Both the position numbers and the translations under genes were made by a program. A model generated the notes under the pieces. The model did no database searches, was not told where the DNA came from, and saw only the letters and a program-made list of their open reading frames with translations. DNA of 32,000 bases from Vibrio alginolyticus NBRC 15630 = ATCC 17749 (GTDB lineage Bacteria; Pseudomonadota; Gammaproteobacteria; Enterobacterales; Vibrionaceae). Below, piece by piece: positions 8,517-19,755 of this stretch; position 1 is the first letter of the stretch, and every line of letters starts with the position of its first letter. The stretch is taken from contig NC_022359.1 in assembly GCF_000354175.2 (NCBI RefSeq), forward strand, positions 330,001-362,000, read 5' to 3'.

Positions 8517-8546
8517 TAAAAAGACGGCTTTCACGCCGTCTTTTTT
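8517..8546. terminator. Bidirectional rho-independent terminator (bactofilin on +, M16 peptidase on -)
   Basis: gacggc / gccgtc stem with a 6-nt loop, an A-run before it (8517-8522) and T6 after it (8541-8546). Confidence 0.75.
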
Positions 8547-8583
8547 ATTACTATTGCCACGATTTTCGTCAGAAACTACGTGA

Positions 8584-11334
8584 TTATTCGGCCGGATTTA
8601 AAACCATCACCGAGCGTTTTGCTTGTGGACCAAAAGCTGATTTTGCATGCGCTTTCACTTCATCTAACGTCACACTCTTAGCCACTTTCTCAACGTCAAG
8701 CAACACATCGACGCCGTAATCATGCACCAAATAACGAGTATATGCCCATGATCTCTGTGCTGGGTTGTCATCCAATCCTTGCATCGCGACTGCCAGTTGT
8801 TTCGCGGCCGTATCCACTTCTTTTTGGGTAATATTTGACGCTAAACCATCAAACACTTTGCCCAGTTTACTCTCTAAAAGTGCCACGTCTTCGGGCTCAA
8901 CTTGAGACTCCAAGAGCCAATCAGAGATGGGTTCGCGATCTTGTGTCATGGTGTAAATGCTCGGGCTGTAATCAAGGCTAGACTCTTCTCGCACAATATC
9001 CAAAACACGTGCATTACTAATACGTTGCAAAATATCTTCGATAACCGTGTCTCTTGCCGTACGTTGGTAATCGCTCGTATTAGTCAAACGCATTACATAC
9101 AACGATGAAGGTTCATGCCCATCCGAAACCACAGTTCGCTCCGGCACTTCCGGGTTAAACGCAACGTGATAATCAATCGAACGACTCGGTTTCATTTCGA
9201 TAGAGGCCACATATTTACGCAAAAGTGGTGTAATTTCTTCCGGCTCTACGTTTGCAACAATAACCATCTTAAAACCATCATTGGTTTTGAAAAGTTGCTC
9301 ATGCACCGCTAGTATCTGCTCGGAAGTCACTTGTTCAACATCATCACTGGACACTATACGATGACGACTACCCGGCAAATAAGAATTGCCGTTTGCTTTT
9401 TGAATCAGTTTTCCCATCGGTGATTCAAAAAAAGCGCCGCTCTGCTGTTTAAACTCTTGCTTCGCTGCCGCCATCTGGCGCTCGTCGACTTTAATCTCCG
9501 TCGCTAGGTTGTATAGTCCATTCAAAGCATCAGTTAGGTGCGTATTTGGCGCCGTAATTTGCGCTCCGTGACTGGTCGCATCAAGCATCGCGCCAAGCGC
9601 AATGTTGTTTTTGCGTAAGTAGCTATCTAGCTCTGAACCAGAAAATGCCCCTAACCCACTGCGTATTGCCGTTGTTGCTGCGATTTCATAAGCGGCATAC
9701 AACGTCGGATCAACAGCGGCTTTACCACCTTGACTCGCATAATAAATATACGCTCGACCACCCGCTTTAGTATCTTTTTGGAACCACACTTCGACACCGT
9801 TTGATAGCGTATAGACTTGAAAACCACCCGCTTCCTGACGCATGCTCGTGATGCTGCCTTCCTGGGTAGGCTTTAAGAATCCATCCACTTTGTCATACAT
9901 CTCTAACGGTTTTTCGCCAGTTTGAAGATAGGCACTGTTTAGAGCGGCAAATACACCATTGAACTGTTCTGACGTTTCGCTTTTCCCCAAACCAATAAAA
10001 AAGCTTGGCTGCTGAGATAACAAGGCATCCAATTGTGTGTTAATGCTCTCTAAATTCTCGTTGTTGATGAATTCTGCCAAACTCTGGGCATAATTCTCTT
10101 TTGATTGGCTGACACTGTCTTGTCCAATTTGAAAAACACGTGCTTCTGCGTAACTGTTTGGCTTACGCTGACTCCAATCTGAATCAATATTTGCAAGTTC
10201 ACCTTGCCAATTTGACATAACGCTATCTAACTCGGATTGAGTCGCACCATAATCTCTCAACGACGCCAAGGTACGAATGAAAGTCTGGTGCATTTGTTCG
10301 CGGCGATCTGGTGCAAACGAAATCCCTGCCGACATCATACGCTGATAGTTAGAGTAATAGGGCTCTGCATAAGCGTATTGAAAAGGTTCAGCGGCATCAC
10401 TGAGTACACGGATCAAACGCTGTTGAATGAGTTGTGTTGCGACTTCATCACGCCACACTTCATGTTGTTGCTCAATCGTCGTACCGCCACTTAGACCACG
10501 CTCAATCACTAAATGAAGACTTGGTGATTCCATCGTGTTACTTGGCAAGATTCTGTTTTCGTTGTTCACTCGAATATCACGGCGCTTCTCTATTACCGTA
10601 TCCGAGGTACTTTCCCAGTTCGAGAACTTGCTTTTGATAATCTTGGACAGTGAATCTATGTCGATATTACCGGTCACAATCAACTCGGCATTTTGTGGCT
10701 GGTACCACTTGTCGTAAAACGCCTTTAACTTACTCGAGGAAGCGTTTTGAATCGCTTCGCGAGTACCAATTGGGTCATGCTCACCATACATAGTGCCTTC
10801 AATCGAGGCTTGGTAAGCATGCATAGAAAAGGACTTATCATCCGGATTAGCACGTCGCCATTCCCCGAGAATCACCCCTTTTTCTTTCTCTACTTGCTCA
10901 GGAGCAAACTCAAGTCCGTTACCGATATCTCTCATCCACTTCAGGGCATCTTCTAGCTTCGTATTATTCGCAAGGTCAAGTTGGTAAGACGTTTGCTGAT
11001 AACTGGTAAAAGCGTTGATATCAGCGCCAAAGCTACCACCAGATTGCTCGAAAAGTTTGACAACGTCGTTACCGGTAAAATGCTCACTACCATTAAACGC
11101 CATATGCTCAACAAAGTGAGCGTAACCCTTTTGAGAAGATGTTTCTTGGAATGAGCCGATGTTCATCACCAAACGGACCGAGACTTCTTGGTCTTCTGTT
11201 GGATAAAGATGGTATTTCATACCGTTCGATAACTGGTCCACGTGCCAGTTGGCGTCAGGTTGAATCGGCGTCGACTGTTGTATCAGAGCACACCCTGACA
11301 CTAATAACGCGGGGACTAACAATATACTGCGCAT
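8584..11334 (-). CDS. Two-module M16 (pitrilysin/insulinase, PqqL-like) zinc metalloprotease, predicted lipoprotein
   Basis: Inverted zinc motif HFVEH with downstream E residues in the N-terminal module, and a second non-catalytic M16 module. Total length is about 916 aa. With ATG 11334 the N-terminus is MRSILLVPALLVSGC, which contains the lipobox VSGC. The track start at 11352 is a TTG six codons upstream. Confidence 0.9.
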   Translation of the reverse strand: MRSILLVPALLVSGCALIQQSTPIQPDANWHVDQLSNGMKYHLYPTEDQEVSVRLVMNIGSFQETSSQKGYAHFVEHMAFNGSEHFTGNDVVKLFEQSGGSFGADINAFTSYQQTSYQLDLANNTKLEDALKWMRDIGNGLEFAPEQVEKEKGVILGEWRRANPDDKSFSMHAYQASIEGTMYGEHDPIGTREAIQNASSSKLKAFYDKWYQPQNAELIVTGNIDIDSLSKIIKSKFSNWESTSDTVIEKRRDIRVNNENRILPSNTMESPSLHLVIERGLSGGTTIEQQHEVWRDEVATQLIQQRLIRVLSDAAEPFQYAYAEPYYSNYQRMMSAGISFAPDRREQMHQTFIRTLASLRDYGATQSELDSVMSNWQGELANIDSDWSQRKPNSYAEARVFQIGQDSVSQSKENYAQSLAEFINNENLESINTQLDALLSQQPSFFIGLGKSETSEQFNGVFAALNSAYLQTGEKPLEMYDKVDGFLKPTQEGSITSMRQEAGGFQVYTLSNGVEVWFQKDTKAGGRAYIYYASQGGKAAVDPTLYAAYEIAATTAIRSGLGAFSGSELDSYLRKNNIALGAMLDATSHGAQITAPNTHLTDALNGLYNLATEIKVDERQMAAAKQEFKQQSGAFFESPMGKLIQKANGNSYLPGSRHRIVSSDDVEQVTSEQILAVHEQLFKTNDGFKMVIVANVEPEEITPLLRKYVASIEMKPSRSIDYHVAFNPEVPERTVVSDGHEPSSLYVMRLTNTSDYQRTARDTVIEDILQRISNARVLDIVREESSLDYSPSIYTMTQDREPISDWLLESQVEPEDVALLESKLGKVFDGLASNITQKEVDTAAKQLAVAMQGLDDNPAQRSWAYTRYLVHDYGVDVLLDVEKVAKSVTLDEVKAHAKSAFGPQAKRSVMVLNPAE

Positions 11335-11422
11335 AACGATTGCCCATAACAATGATTAAGCTAATCAATATATATCCGGTGCTATAACCTTCACATTTTT
11401 AATGGATTATCAGACACGCAAA

Positions 11423-11438
11423 TGTGATAAAGATCACC
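11423..11438. promoter_or_regulatory. Candidate CRP (cAMP receptor protein) binding site
   Basis: aaaTGTGAtaaagaTCACCattt matches TGTGA-N6-TCACA at 9 of 10 core positions, with AT-rich flanks like the consensus. It lies about 90 bp upstream of the M16 protease start in a divergent intergenic region. Confidence 0.5.
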
Positions 11439-11698
11439 ATTTATTGAAATCAATTCTCATTTACAAAAATCGACAAATCCTTACTTTACAAATACATAAA
11501 TAATATCGTTCCAAATCCTTTTGCTTATTTGATGTAAAACTCAAATTCGCGACATGGAGTCAGTATTTATTTTGAGCAATAAAATATAATTATTGAACAG
11601 ATTCGAATCTGACTTTCTGCTGCATATTCAACAGCGCAGAGAGCACTGATGAGAATAAAAACACAACAACTATTATTCAAAGATCTATTATTCGCTTT

Positions 11699-13585
11699 AT
11701 GTTCAAAAATCTATCATTAAAAAACAAACTGGCAATCTCTGCCAGTGCCGCCATCATTCTCGGGGGAGTGCTGGTAGAGGGGCTGTCTTTTCGAGATTCA
11801 TTAAACAGGCTCGATGTCGAAGTCGCACAGCGACTAGAAAGCACTAGCGCATCTTACAATCAATACGTAAAGGACTGGCTACTCTCTAAAGAGCGCGCAC
11901 TGACTTCACTCTCTTCTGATTCAGAGAAACGTTCTCTGGTTACGCATTTGAAACAAGTCCGAGACTCTGGCGCGTTCGATAACGTTTTCCTCGCTTACCC
12001 GGACGGGTCACAAGACAACGCTAATGGGGTGGTTTTGCCACCAGGTAATAACGATCCTCGTAAGTGGGGTTGGTATACCAATGCAATCGCCAACCCATCG
12101 AAAGTCTTTATGGATAACCCGACCGTTGCTGCTGCAACTGGTGCGAATGTGGTGTCGCTCGGTAAAGCCCTGCAATTGCATGATCAAACCGTCGTTCTGG
12201 GTGCTGACGTAGAGATCGGTGATATCCTGAACAGTCTGAACCAAGTGATCCTACCGGGTGAAGGTTATATGTTTATTGCCAATGAACAGGGCAATATTTT
12301 CACTCATAACAACGGTAAACTGCTGAATCAACCGGTTAGCAAGCTAGGCCTCAACAACAACGACATTACGTCAGCCGCACGTTCAGGTACAGAACGTCGC
12401 GTCTCTATTAACGGCATCGAATATGTGATTTACGCGCGCCACATAGAGGGTACCAAACTCACAACGGTCACAGTGTTAGATCAAAACTCGTTGGTTGCCC
12501 CACTTTACGATGCAGTTTGGGATCAAATCATCGCAACCACTATCGTCGTCGTTATCTGTGTGGCTTTGTTTAACCTGCTATGTAACATCTTGTTCCGTCC
12601 GCTCTACAATGTTTCGAATGCGCTTGCGCAAATCGCCAACGGTAGCGGCGACCTAACTCAACGCATCAAAGTAGAAAACCGTGACGAAGTTGGTGAGCTG
12701 GCTGAAAACTTCAACCAGTTCGTTGAAAGTTTGCAGCAACTTATTGGTCACATTCGTCACCAAGCGGAAGAACTGAGCCAACAATCGGAGCTGAGCACGA
12801 ATCGCGCGAATCAATCGGTTTCTGATCTGAACCATCAGCAACAAGAAATCACTATGGTGGCGACCGCTGTGACCGAAATGGCATCGGCAACGCAAGAGAT
12901 TGCAGCACATGCAGAGCAGACGGCTAAAGCCGCTCAAGACTCTTCAGCGAGCACACAAAATGGTCATGAGTTGGTGATCAATTCCAAATCGTCCATCAAT
13001 AATTTGTCTTCTGAAGTCAACCAAGCGAGCGTTGTCATCGGCGAGCTCAACCAGCACGCGCAAGACATCTCAACCGTACTATCAACGATTCGAGACATCG
13101 CAGAACAAACCAACTTACTGGCTCTGAATGCGGCGATTGAAGCGGCGCGTGCAGGTGAACAAGGTCGCGGTTTTGCCGTTGTTGCAGACGAGGTTCGCGT
13201 ACTATCACAACGCACACACACCTCAACCGAAGAGATTCGCTCGACGATCGAGACTTTGCAGCAAACCACACAACGCGCTGTGACCATCATGGATACAAGC
13301 TCTCAACTTGCCCAAGGTTCGGTGGAAGATGCCGATCGCGCAGCACTGGCTCTGGATGAAATCAACGCGGCCGTTGCGTTGATCAGCGATATGGCAACGC
13401 AAATTGCAACCGCAGCCGAAGAGCAAACGCACGTAACCAATGAAATCACGCAAAACGTCACGTCAATTAAAGATGTGACCGATCACTTGGTGGTTGGTGC
13501 CGAAGAATCGATGAATCAATCTGCTGAGCTGAAATCACAAGCCGAGGATCTCAACTCGAAAGTAGCGACGTTTAAACTGGCTTAA
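11699..13585 (+). CDS. Methyl-accepting chemotaxis protein (periplasmic Cache-type sensor, HAMP, MA signalling domain)
   Basis: TM1 ([15 protein letters not shown]), a periplasmic region of about 250 aa and TM2 ([18 protein letters not shown]). A HAMP segment ([25 protein letters not shown]) is followed by the highly conserved signalling hairpin [32 protein letters not shown]. Confidence 0.92.
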   Translation: MFKNLSLKNKLAISASAAIILGGVLVEGLSFRDSLNRLDVEVAQRLESTSASYNQYVKDWLLSKERALTSLSSDSEKRSLVTHLKQVRDSGAFDNVFLAYPDGSQDNANGVVLPPGNNDPRKWGWYTNAIANPSKVFMDNPTVAAATGANVVSLGKALQLHDQTVVLGADVEIGDILNSLNQVILPGEGYMFIANEQGNIFTHNNGKLLNQPVSKLGLNNNDITSAARSGTERRVSINGIEYVIYARHIEGTKLTTVTVLDQNSLVAPLYDAVWDQIIATTIVVVICVALFNLLCNILFRPLYNVSNALAQIANGSGDLTQRIKVENRDEVGELAENFNQFVESLQQLIGHIRHQAEELSQQSELSTNRANQSVSDLNHQQQEITMVATAVTEMASATQEIAAHAEQTAKAAQDSSASTQNGHELVINSKSSINNLSSEVNQASVVIGELNQHAQDISTVLSTIRDIAEQTNLLALNAAIEAARAGEQGRGFAVVADEVRVLSQRTHTSTEEIRSTIETLQQTTQRAVTIMDTSSQLAQGSVEDADRAALALDEINAAVALISDMATQIATAAEEQTHVTNEITQNVTSIKDVTDHLVVGAEESMNQSAELKSQAEDLNSKVATFKLA

Positions 13586-13619
13586 ACGCCACGTTAGGAA
13601 CGCACTTAAAAACAACAAA

Positions 13620-13657
13620 CCCCGCTAGCAAATGTATAACTAGCGGGGTTTATTTTT
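13620..13657. terminator. Rho-independent terminator between the convergent MCP and pvuE genes
   Basis: ccccgctag / ctagcgggg 9-bp stem with an 11-nt loop, followed by tttattttta. Confidence 0.75.
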
Positions 13658-13703
13658 ATGGCTCGACGCTTTTATTGCAGATAGCTTTCGAAAGACGTAA
13701 GAC

Positions 13704-14468
13704 CTACACCGCCACACACATCGGCGTGCCTGAGATTGGGTCGTTAAATACTCTCGCTTGTAAATCAAACACCGATGCCAACATACCTTCTGTCAGTACC
13801 TCTTGCGGTGTTCCCTGCGTGACTAACTGACCTTTTTCCAACACCACCAAATGATCGCAATAACGGCACGCTTGGTTTAGATCGTGCAGTACTACCACCA
13901 CAGTTTTGCCTTTGTCGTTCATCTGCCTCATGAGTTTCATCAGCTCAACTTGGTGAGAAAGATCCAAGTAAGTGGTTGGCTCATCAAGCATCACTACGTC
14001 GGTATCTTGCGCCATTACCATCGCAATCCACGCTCTTTGCCTTTGACCGCCAGACAGCGATTCAACTGGCTTGTCAGCAAACTCAATCACGCCAGTATCT
14101 TGCATTGCTTGCTCGACTAAGGTCTTGTCTTGTTGACTTAACCGGCCCCAATGAGAGAGATAAGGCGAGCGGCCATATTCGACCAGTTTTCTGACGGTAA
14201 TACCTTCAGGACTGACAAGAATCTGCGGCAGCAAAGACAACGAACGCGCCAAGCGTTTATCACCGTAGCTGCTTAGTGGTTTGTCGCCATACAACACTTG
14301 GCCAGAAGCTGGTTTATTGATGCGTACCAAGGTTTTTAATAGTGTCGACTTACCGCAACCATTTGGGCCAACAAGCGCGGTAATTTTACCTTGAGGAATC
14401 GACAAAGAGAGATCCGGAATGATGGTCTGTTTGCCGTACGCGACGGATAAGTTCTGCGTTCGTAACAT
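13704..14468 (-). CDS. pvuE: Ferric-vibrioferrin ABC transporter, ATP-binding protein
   Basis: Walker A GPNGCGKST, ABC signature LSGGQRQR, Walker B VVMLDEPT, H-loop VLHDL. FepC/FhuC-like, and last gene of the pvuBCDE unit. ATG 14468 (MLRTQNLSV...) is preferred over the TTG at 14477. Confidence 0.9.
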   Translation of the reverse strand: MLRTQNLSVAYGKQTIIPDLSLSIPQGKITALVGPNGCGKSTLLKTLVRINKPASGQVLYGDKPLSSYGDKRLARSLSLLPQILVSPEGITVRKLVEYGRSPYLSHWGRLSQQDKTLVEQAMQDTGVIEFADKPVESLSGGQRQRAWIAMVMAQDTDVVMLDEPTTYLDLSHQVELMKLMRQMNDKGKTVVVVLHDLNQACRYCDHLVVLEKGQLVTQGTPQEVLTEGMLASVFDLQARVFNDPISGTPMCVAV

Positions 14469-14470
14469 GC

Positions 14471-15438
14471 TTACCAACCTCGATAACGATACAAAAGAAA
14501 AATGAAATATGGTGCGCCAATAACAGAAGTCAGCACACCCGCTGGCAACTCAATTGGTGGCTGTAAGCCTCTCGCTAGACCATCGGCGCAAATCACCAAC
14601 AGCGCGCCAAGGGTTGCAGAAGCAGGAATCAATAACTTGTGATTGTGACCAAACAGCAAACGCGCAAGATGCGGCGCAAGCAGGCCAACAAAGCTGATCG
14701 TGCCTGCCACAGACACGCTGATGCTCGCCAATAGCACGGCAGCAATCAACGCAAGAATTTGGATCTGTCTTGGTTTCGTGCCAAGTGTAGTGGCGCTTTC
14801 TTCTCCCAGTCCCATCACATCTAACCGCCATGCCAGCCAAAACGCCAATGGCAGTAGCAGCAATAGAGCACTCCAAATAAACGGCACTTGTTGCCAATTT
14901 CGTCCCCACAAACTGCCGGTTAGCCATACCATCGCCGTGTTGATTTCGATAGGGTGCACAATCAGAAGAAAATCGATACCGCTGGCTAAAAATGCGCTGA
15001 CAGCAACACCAATCAGCGCCAAACGTGCTGGTGTTGGTTTCGACCAGTAAGCCAGCACAGCAATAAAGCCAGCAGCAAGCAAGCCTCCCGCCATGGCGAC
15101 CATCGGCAACATTGCCACTGGCGCATTCGGATACAGCACCAAACAAGCGGTAGCGGCCAGTCCTGCTCCGGCGCTTATCCCCATTAAATCTGGTGAGGCA
15201 AGTGGATTACGGATGACGCCTTGAACTAAAACGCCTGACAGCCCCAACCCAGCGCCCACGCCAATGGCGAGCAACATTCTCGGTAATCGATATTGGTGAA
15301 TCACAAAGTCCGAGTCAGAGAAAGAAAACAGCAATGCAAAAACCTGTTGAGCCGACATGTTCGCCGCGCCAACAAACAGCGTGAGAGAAGACGCAGTCAG
15401 CAACAATCCAACTAATGCAAACAGTTTGGTTTGATTCA

Positions 15439-15442
<4 letters not shown>
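14471..15442 (-). CDS. pvuD: Ferric-vibrioferrin ABC transporter, permease (FecCD family)
   Basis: FecCD/BtuC-type polytopic protein (RNPLASPDLMGISAGAG, GLLAPH). Start taken at ATG 15442 (MMNQTKL...), which forms an ATGA overlap with the pvuC stop. The track start at 15475 adds 11 unlikely residues. Confidence 0.88.
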
Positions 15443-17384
<1,942 letters not shown>

Positions 17385-17442
17385 TTATTTTTCATCTTGC
17401 TTTTTTCCAGTGCTAAGAGTTTTCCATTACCTAAGATCGGCA

Positions 17443-17468
17443 AAGTCGCCAAGGTAAATTGGCGACTT
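17443..17468. terminator. GC-rich hairpin between pvuA and pvuB; a partial terminator/attenuator candidate
   Basis: aagtcgcca / tggcgactt 9-bp stem with an 8-nt loop. The long T-run (ttttctttt) is on the + strand. On the coding (-) strand only tttg follows. Confidence 0.4.
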
Positions 17469-17496
17469 TTCTTTTCAAACTCGGTGAACGAAACGC

Positions 17497-19635
17497 TTAA
17501 AACTGATAGTTCAGATCCAGTGTGTAAGAGCGTCCCGGAGCTGGGTACCGACCAACTGGGCTTGTATCAATCCCGCGGAAGTAATACTCCTCGTCAAACA
17601 AGTTGTTCACCGCAACATTCATGCGTAACTTGCCTTTGTCGTCTTTGTATAAATCCGTCCCCAAGTTGAAGTTCCACACCATGTAAGATGGTACTTTACC
17701 CGTTGCGCCAGTTGCATCTTCGGCACTGGTGTTGGCGTTATCGGTATACGAATCACTAAAGTAGAAGCCCGATAGCGTGGTGTCCATGCCGTAAAATGCG
17801 TAGGTTGCATCCCAACCAAGCTGATGCTTAGAGGTGTAAGGCAGTTGATTACCTTTATTCGCGCCTTCTTCTTCAAGCGTAGCGTCTAGATAGTTGTAGC
17901 TTGCGCCTAAACTCAGTGCAGGTAGTGCTTCAGGCACGTAACGAGCAGAAAGCTCTATGCCTTGGTGAAGTGTTTTTCCGATGTTATCGAAGGTCTGCGT
18001 TGAGCTTTGCCATTGCAATTGATCTTCAAAGTCGATGCGATAAAGTGCAGCGTTAAAGCTGGTCGCATCTTGGGTGTAACGCGCGCCGACTTCGTAGTTC
18101 CAAGCCAGTTCACTACCTTCTTCACCCAAACCTCGGATGTAGGCAATTTGTGGCGCACGAAGTGATTTTTGCGCGTTCGCATACGTCACCCACTGGTCAG
18201 TTAAGTTGTATGCCACCGTCAAACCTGGCAACCATTCCGTCACGGTGTTGTCTGCCGTTTGTTTTTTAACACGATCGGTAAACGTCATTCGAACCGACTC
18301 AACACGCAACCCAGGCGTTACCTTCAATGTATCATTGAACAAACCAATTTCGTTGCTAACGTATCCAGCAAACGCGTCCGTATCTAGATGCCAATCACGC
18401 GGAACGCTGGTTGCACCACCGGCGATTGGAGTCTGAGTGAGTTTGTAGTCAATGTCTTCATTAACATAACGGGTACCCACGATCCAGTTTTGAGTAACGG
18501 ATTTACCTTCGCCAAAGTACATCGCCATTTTTGGCTCTATACCATACACGGTAAATTCACGTGGAGAGGTACGAACGTCCGTCGCTGGCAGAGCCGGATC
18601 CGCCCAATGGCCACCCGCGCTGTTAAAGCCCCACTTGAAAAGACGCTCTGACTTATGGCCAAACGTTAGCACTTCTAGCTCGGCACTGTCGGCAAATGGC
18701 AAATCGTGGATGTACTTAACACTCCAGCGTGTCGACTTACCTTCATAATCATCGTAAGGACGTTTCGATTGGTGACGATCTTGTTCGTAGTCTTGTGGCG
18801 AAAGTGCGCCCGGCATTTGCGTTTCAGCATCGTAACGTTGCAGGAATGCTTGAATCTCTTGAGTGTCACTCAATAGCCACTGTGCTTTAGCTTGAAAGTT
18901 CTTCACGTCCGTATCGGAATGTTCACGGAAGCTTTCACCTTTTAGGAAGTTACCTTCCAACTGTAGTGCAAATGTGTCGCTTAACCAGCCGCCCGTGCGT
19001 AGGTAAAAATCATTCAGCGGCGCATCACCGCCATCAAACACGGTAAGGCGGTTACTGATTTCAGTTTGCCACGTGTGTGGAATCGGTTTGGTCACTAAGT
19101 TGATCACACCACCGACGTTGTTTGGGCCGTACTGTACTGCAGCACCACCGCGTACAATGTCAATACGATCAAGCATCGACAGTGTTGCTGGGAAGATAGA
19201 CTGACCAGTGTGACCATATGGCGCAAGTGTTAGCGGTACACCATCCATCAAGAACTGAGCATGACCACTACGGCTTGCTTTCAAACCACGTACGGAAATG
19301 TTGGGCAATACGCCCGTTCCGCTTTCATCCTGAACTTTAATACCCGGCACGCGCTGTAGCGCGTTATCAATCGAGCCTGCGGCGGTTTTCTCGATTTGCT
19401 CGCGGGTAATGACGGTACGAGCACCTGGGTACTCTTTGACGTCTTCAATTTCAGATTTACCAATCACGCTACCAGTGACAACGACGGTTTCCATCGCGGT
19501 AGTTTGTTCTGTTTTAGCAGGAGCGGCAACCGCGCTCATGGATGTGGCAGAAGCGATTGCAATCGCAAGCACACTGTAAGTGGTAGACAAACCAGCACGT
19601 ACACGCACTTTACCATCCAAATTCTGGTAAGACAT
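17497..19635 (-). CDS. pvuA: TonB-dependent outer-membrane ferric-vibrioferrin receptor
   Basis: 712 aa. Signal peptide, TonB-box/plug region (METVVVTGS...), plug motifs (IDIVRGGAAVQYG) and a C-terminal beta-barrel ending ...YTLDLNYQF. AAGGAG Shine-Dalgarno. Sits between psuA and pvuB, as in the described V. parahaemolyticus locus. Confidence 0.9.
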   Translation of the reverse strand: MSYQNLDGKVRVRAGLSTTYSVLAIAIASATSMSAVAAPAKTEQTTAMETVVVTGSVIGKSEIEDVKEYPGARTVITREQIEKTAAGSIDNALQRVPGIKVQDESGTGVLPNISVRGLKASRSGHAQFLMDGVPLTLAPYGHTGQSIFPATLSMLDRIDIVRGGAAVQYGPNNVGGVINLVTKPIPHTWQTEISNRLTVFDGGDAPLNDFYLRTGGWLSDTFALQLEGNFLKGESFREHSDTDVKNFQAKAQWLLSDTQEIQAFLQRYDAETQMPGALSPQDYEQDRHQSKRPYDDYEGKSTRWSVKYIHDLPFADSAELEVLTFGHKSERLFKWGFNSAGGHWADPALPATDVRTSPREFTVYGIEPKMAMYFGEGKSVTQNWIVGTRYVNEDIDYKLTQTPIAGGATSVPRDWHLDTDAFAGYVSNEIGLFNDTLKVTPGLRVESVRMTFTDRVKKQTADNTVTEWLPGLTVAYNLTDQWVTYANAQKSLRAPQIAYIRGLGEEGSELAWNYEVGARYTQDATSFNAALYRIDFEDQLQWQSSTQTFDNIGKTLHQGIELSARYVPEALPALSLGASYNYLDATLEEEGANKGNQLPYTSKHQLGWDATYAFYGMDTTLSGFYFSDSYTDNANTSAEDATGATGKVPSYMVWNFNLGTDLYKDDKGKLRMNVAVNNLFDEEYYFRGIDTSPVGRYPAPGRSYTLDLNYQF

Positions 19636-19755
19636 TAAGATCTCCTTTGCGAGAAATTGAGCCTCGGGCAGAATACATCCCGTAAGCTCTCGGGGCTAAA
19701 CATCCTCAATATGAGGTAAAAATTGGCTAACAGGCGCTAACTACGCACAAAAAGC

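Noticed and set aside
12653-13453. Several 74-108 aa ORFs antisense to, or out of frame with, the MCP gene (12653-12937, 12964-13290, 13047-13271, 13223-13453)
   Set aside because: They lie entirely inside the highly conserved MCP signalling-domain coding region. Their products are Arg/Cys/Ser-rich and low-complexity. They are the usual shadow ORFs produced by the Ala/Gln/Glu-rich codon periodicity of the real gene.
11699-13585. Functional link between the MCP and the adjacent vibrioferrin uptake genes (siderophore chemotaxis)
   Set aside because: The MCP is convergent with pvuE and separated from it by a strong terminator. It has its own long upstream region and no Fur-like site that I could see. 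Adjacency alone is insufficient.
14550-15146. 198-aa minus-strand ORF and 116-aa plus-strand ORF (14700-15050) overlapping pvuD
   Set aside because: They are alternative-frame and antisense shadows of a GC-skewed membrane-protein gene. The products are Cys/Trp/Arg-rich with no motif. The pvuD frame gives a clean FecCD permease.
19636-19755. psuA-pvuA intergenic region as an independent Fur-regulated promoter or terminator
   Set aside because: It has only an imperfect GC hairpin (gagcctcggg...cccgtaagctc) with no T-tract, and no Fur-like AT-rich dyad. This fits simple co-transcription with psuA. I cannot confirm or exclude an internal promoter from sequence alone.
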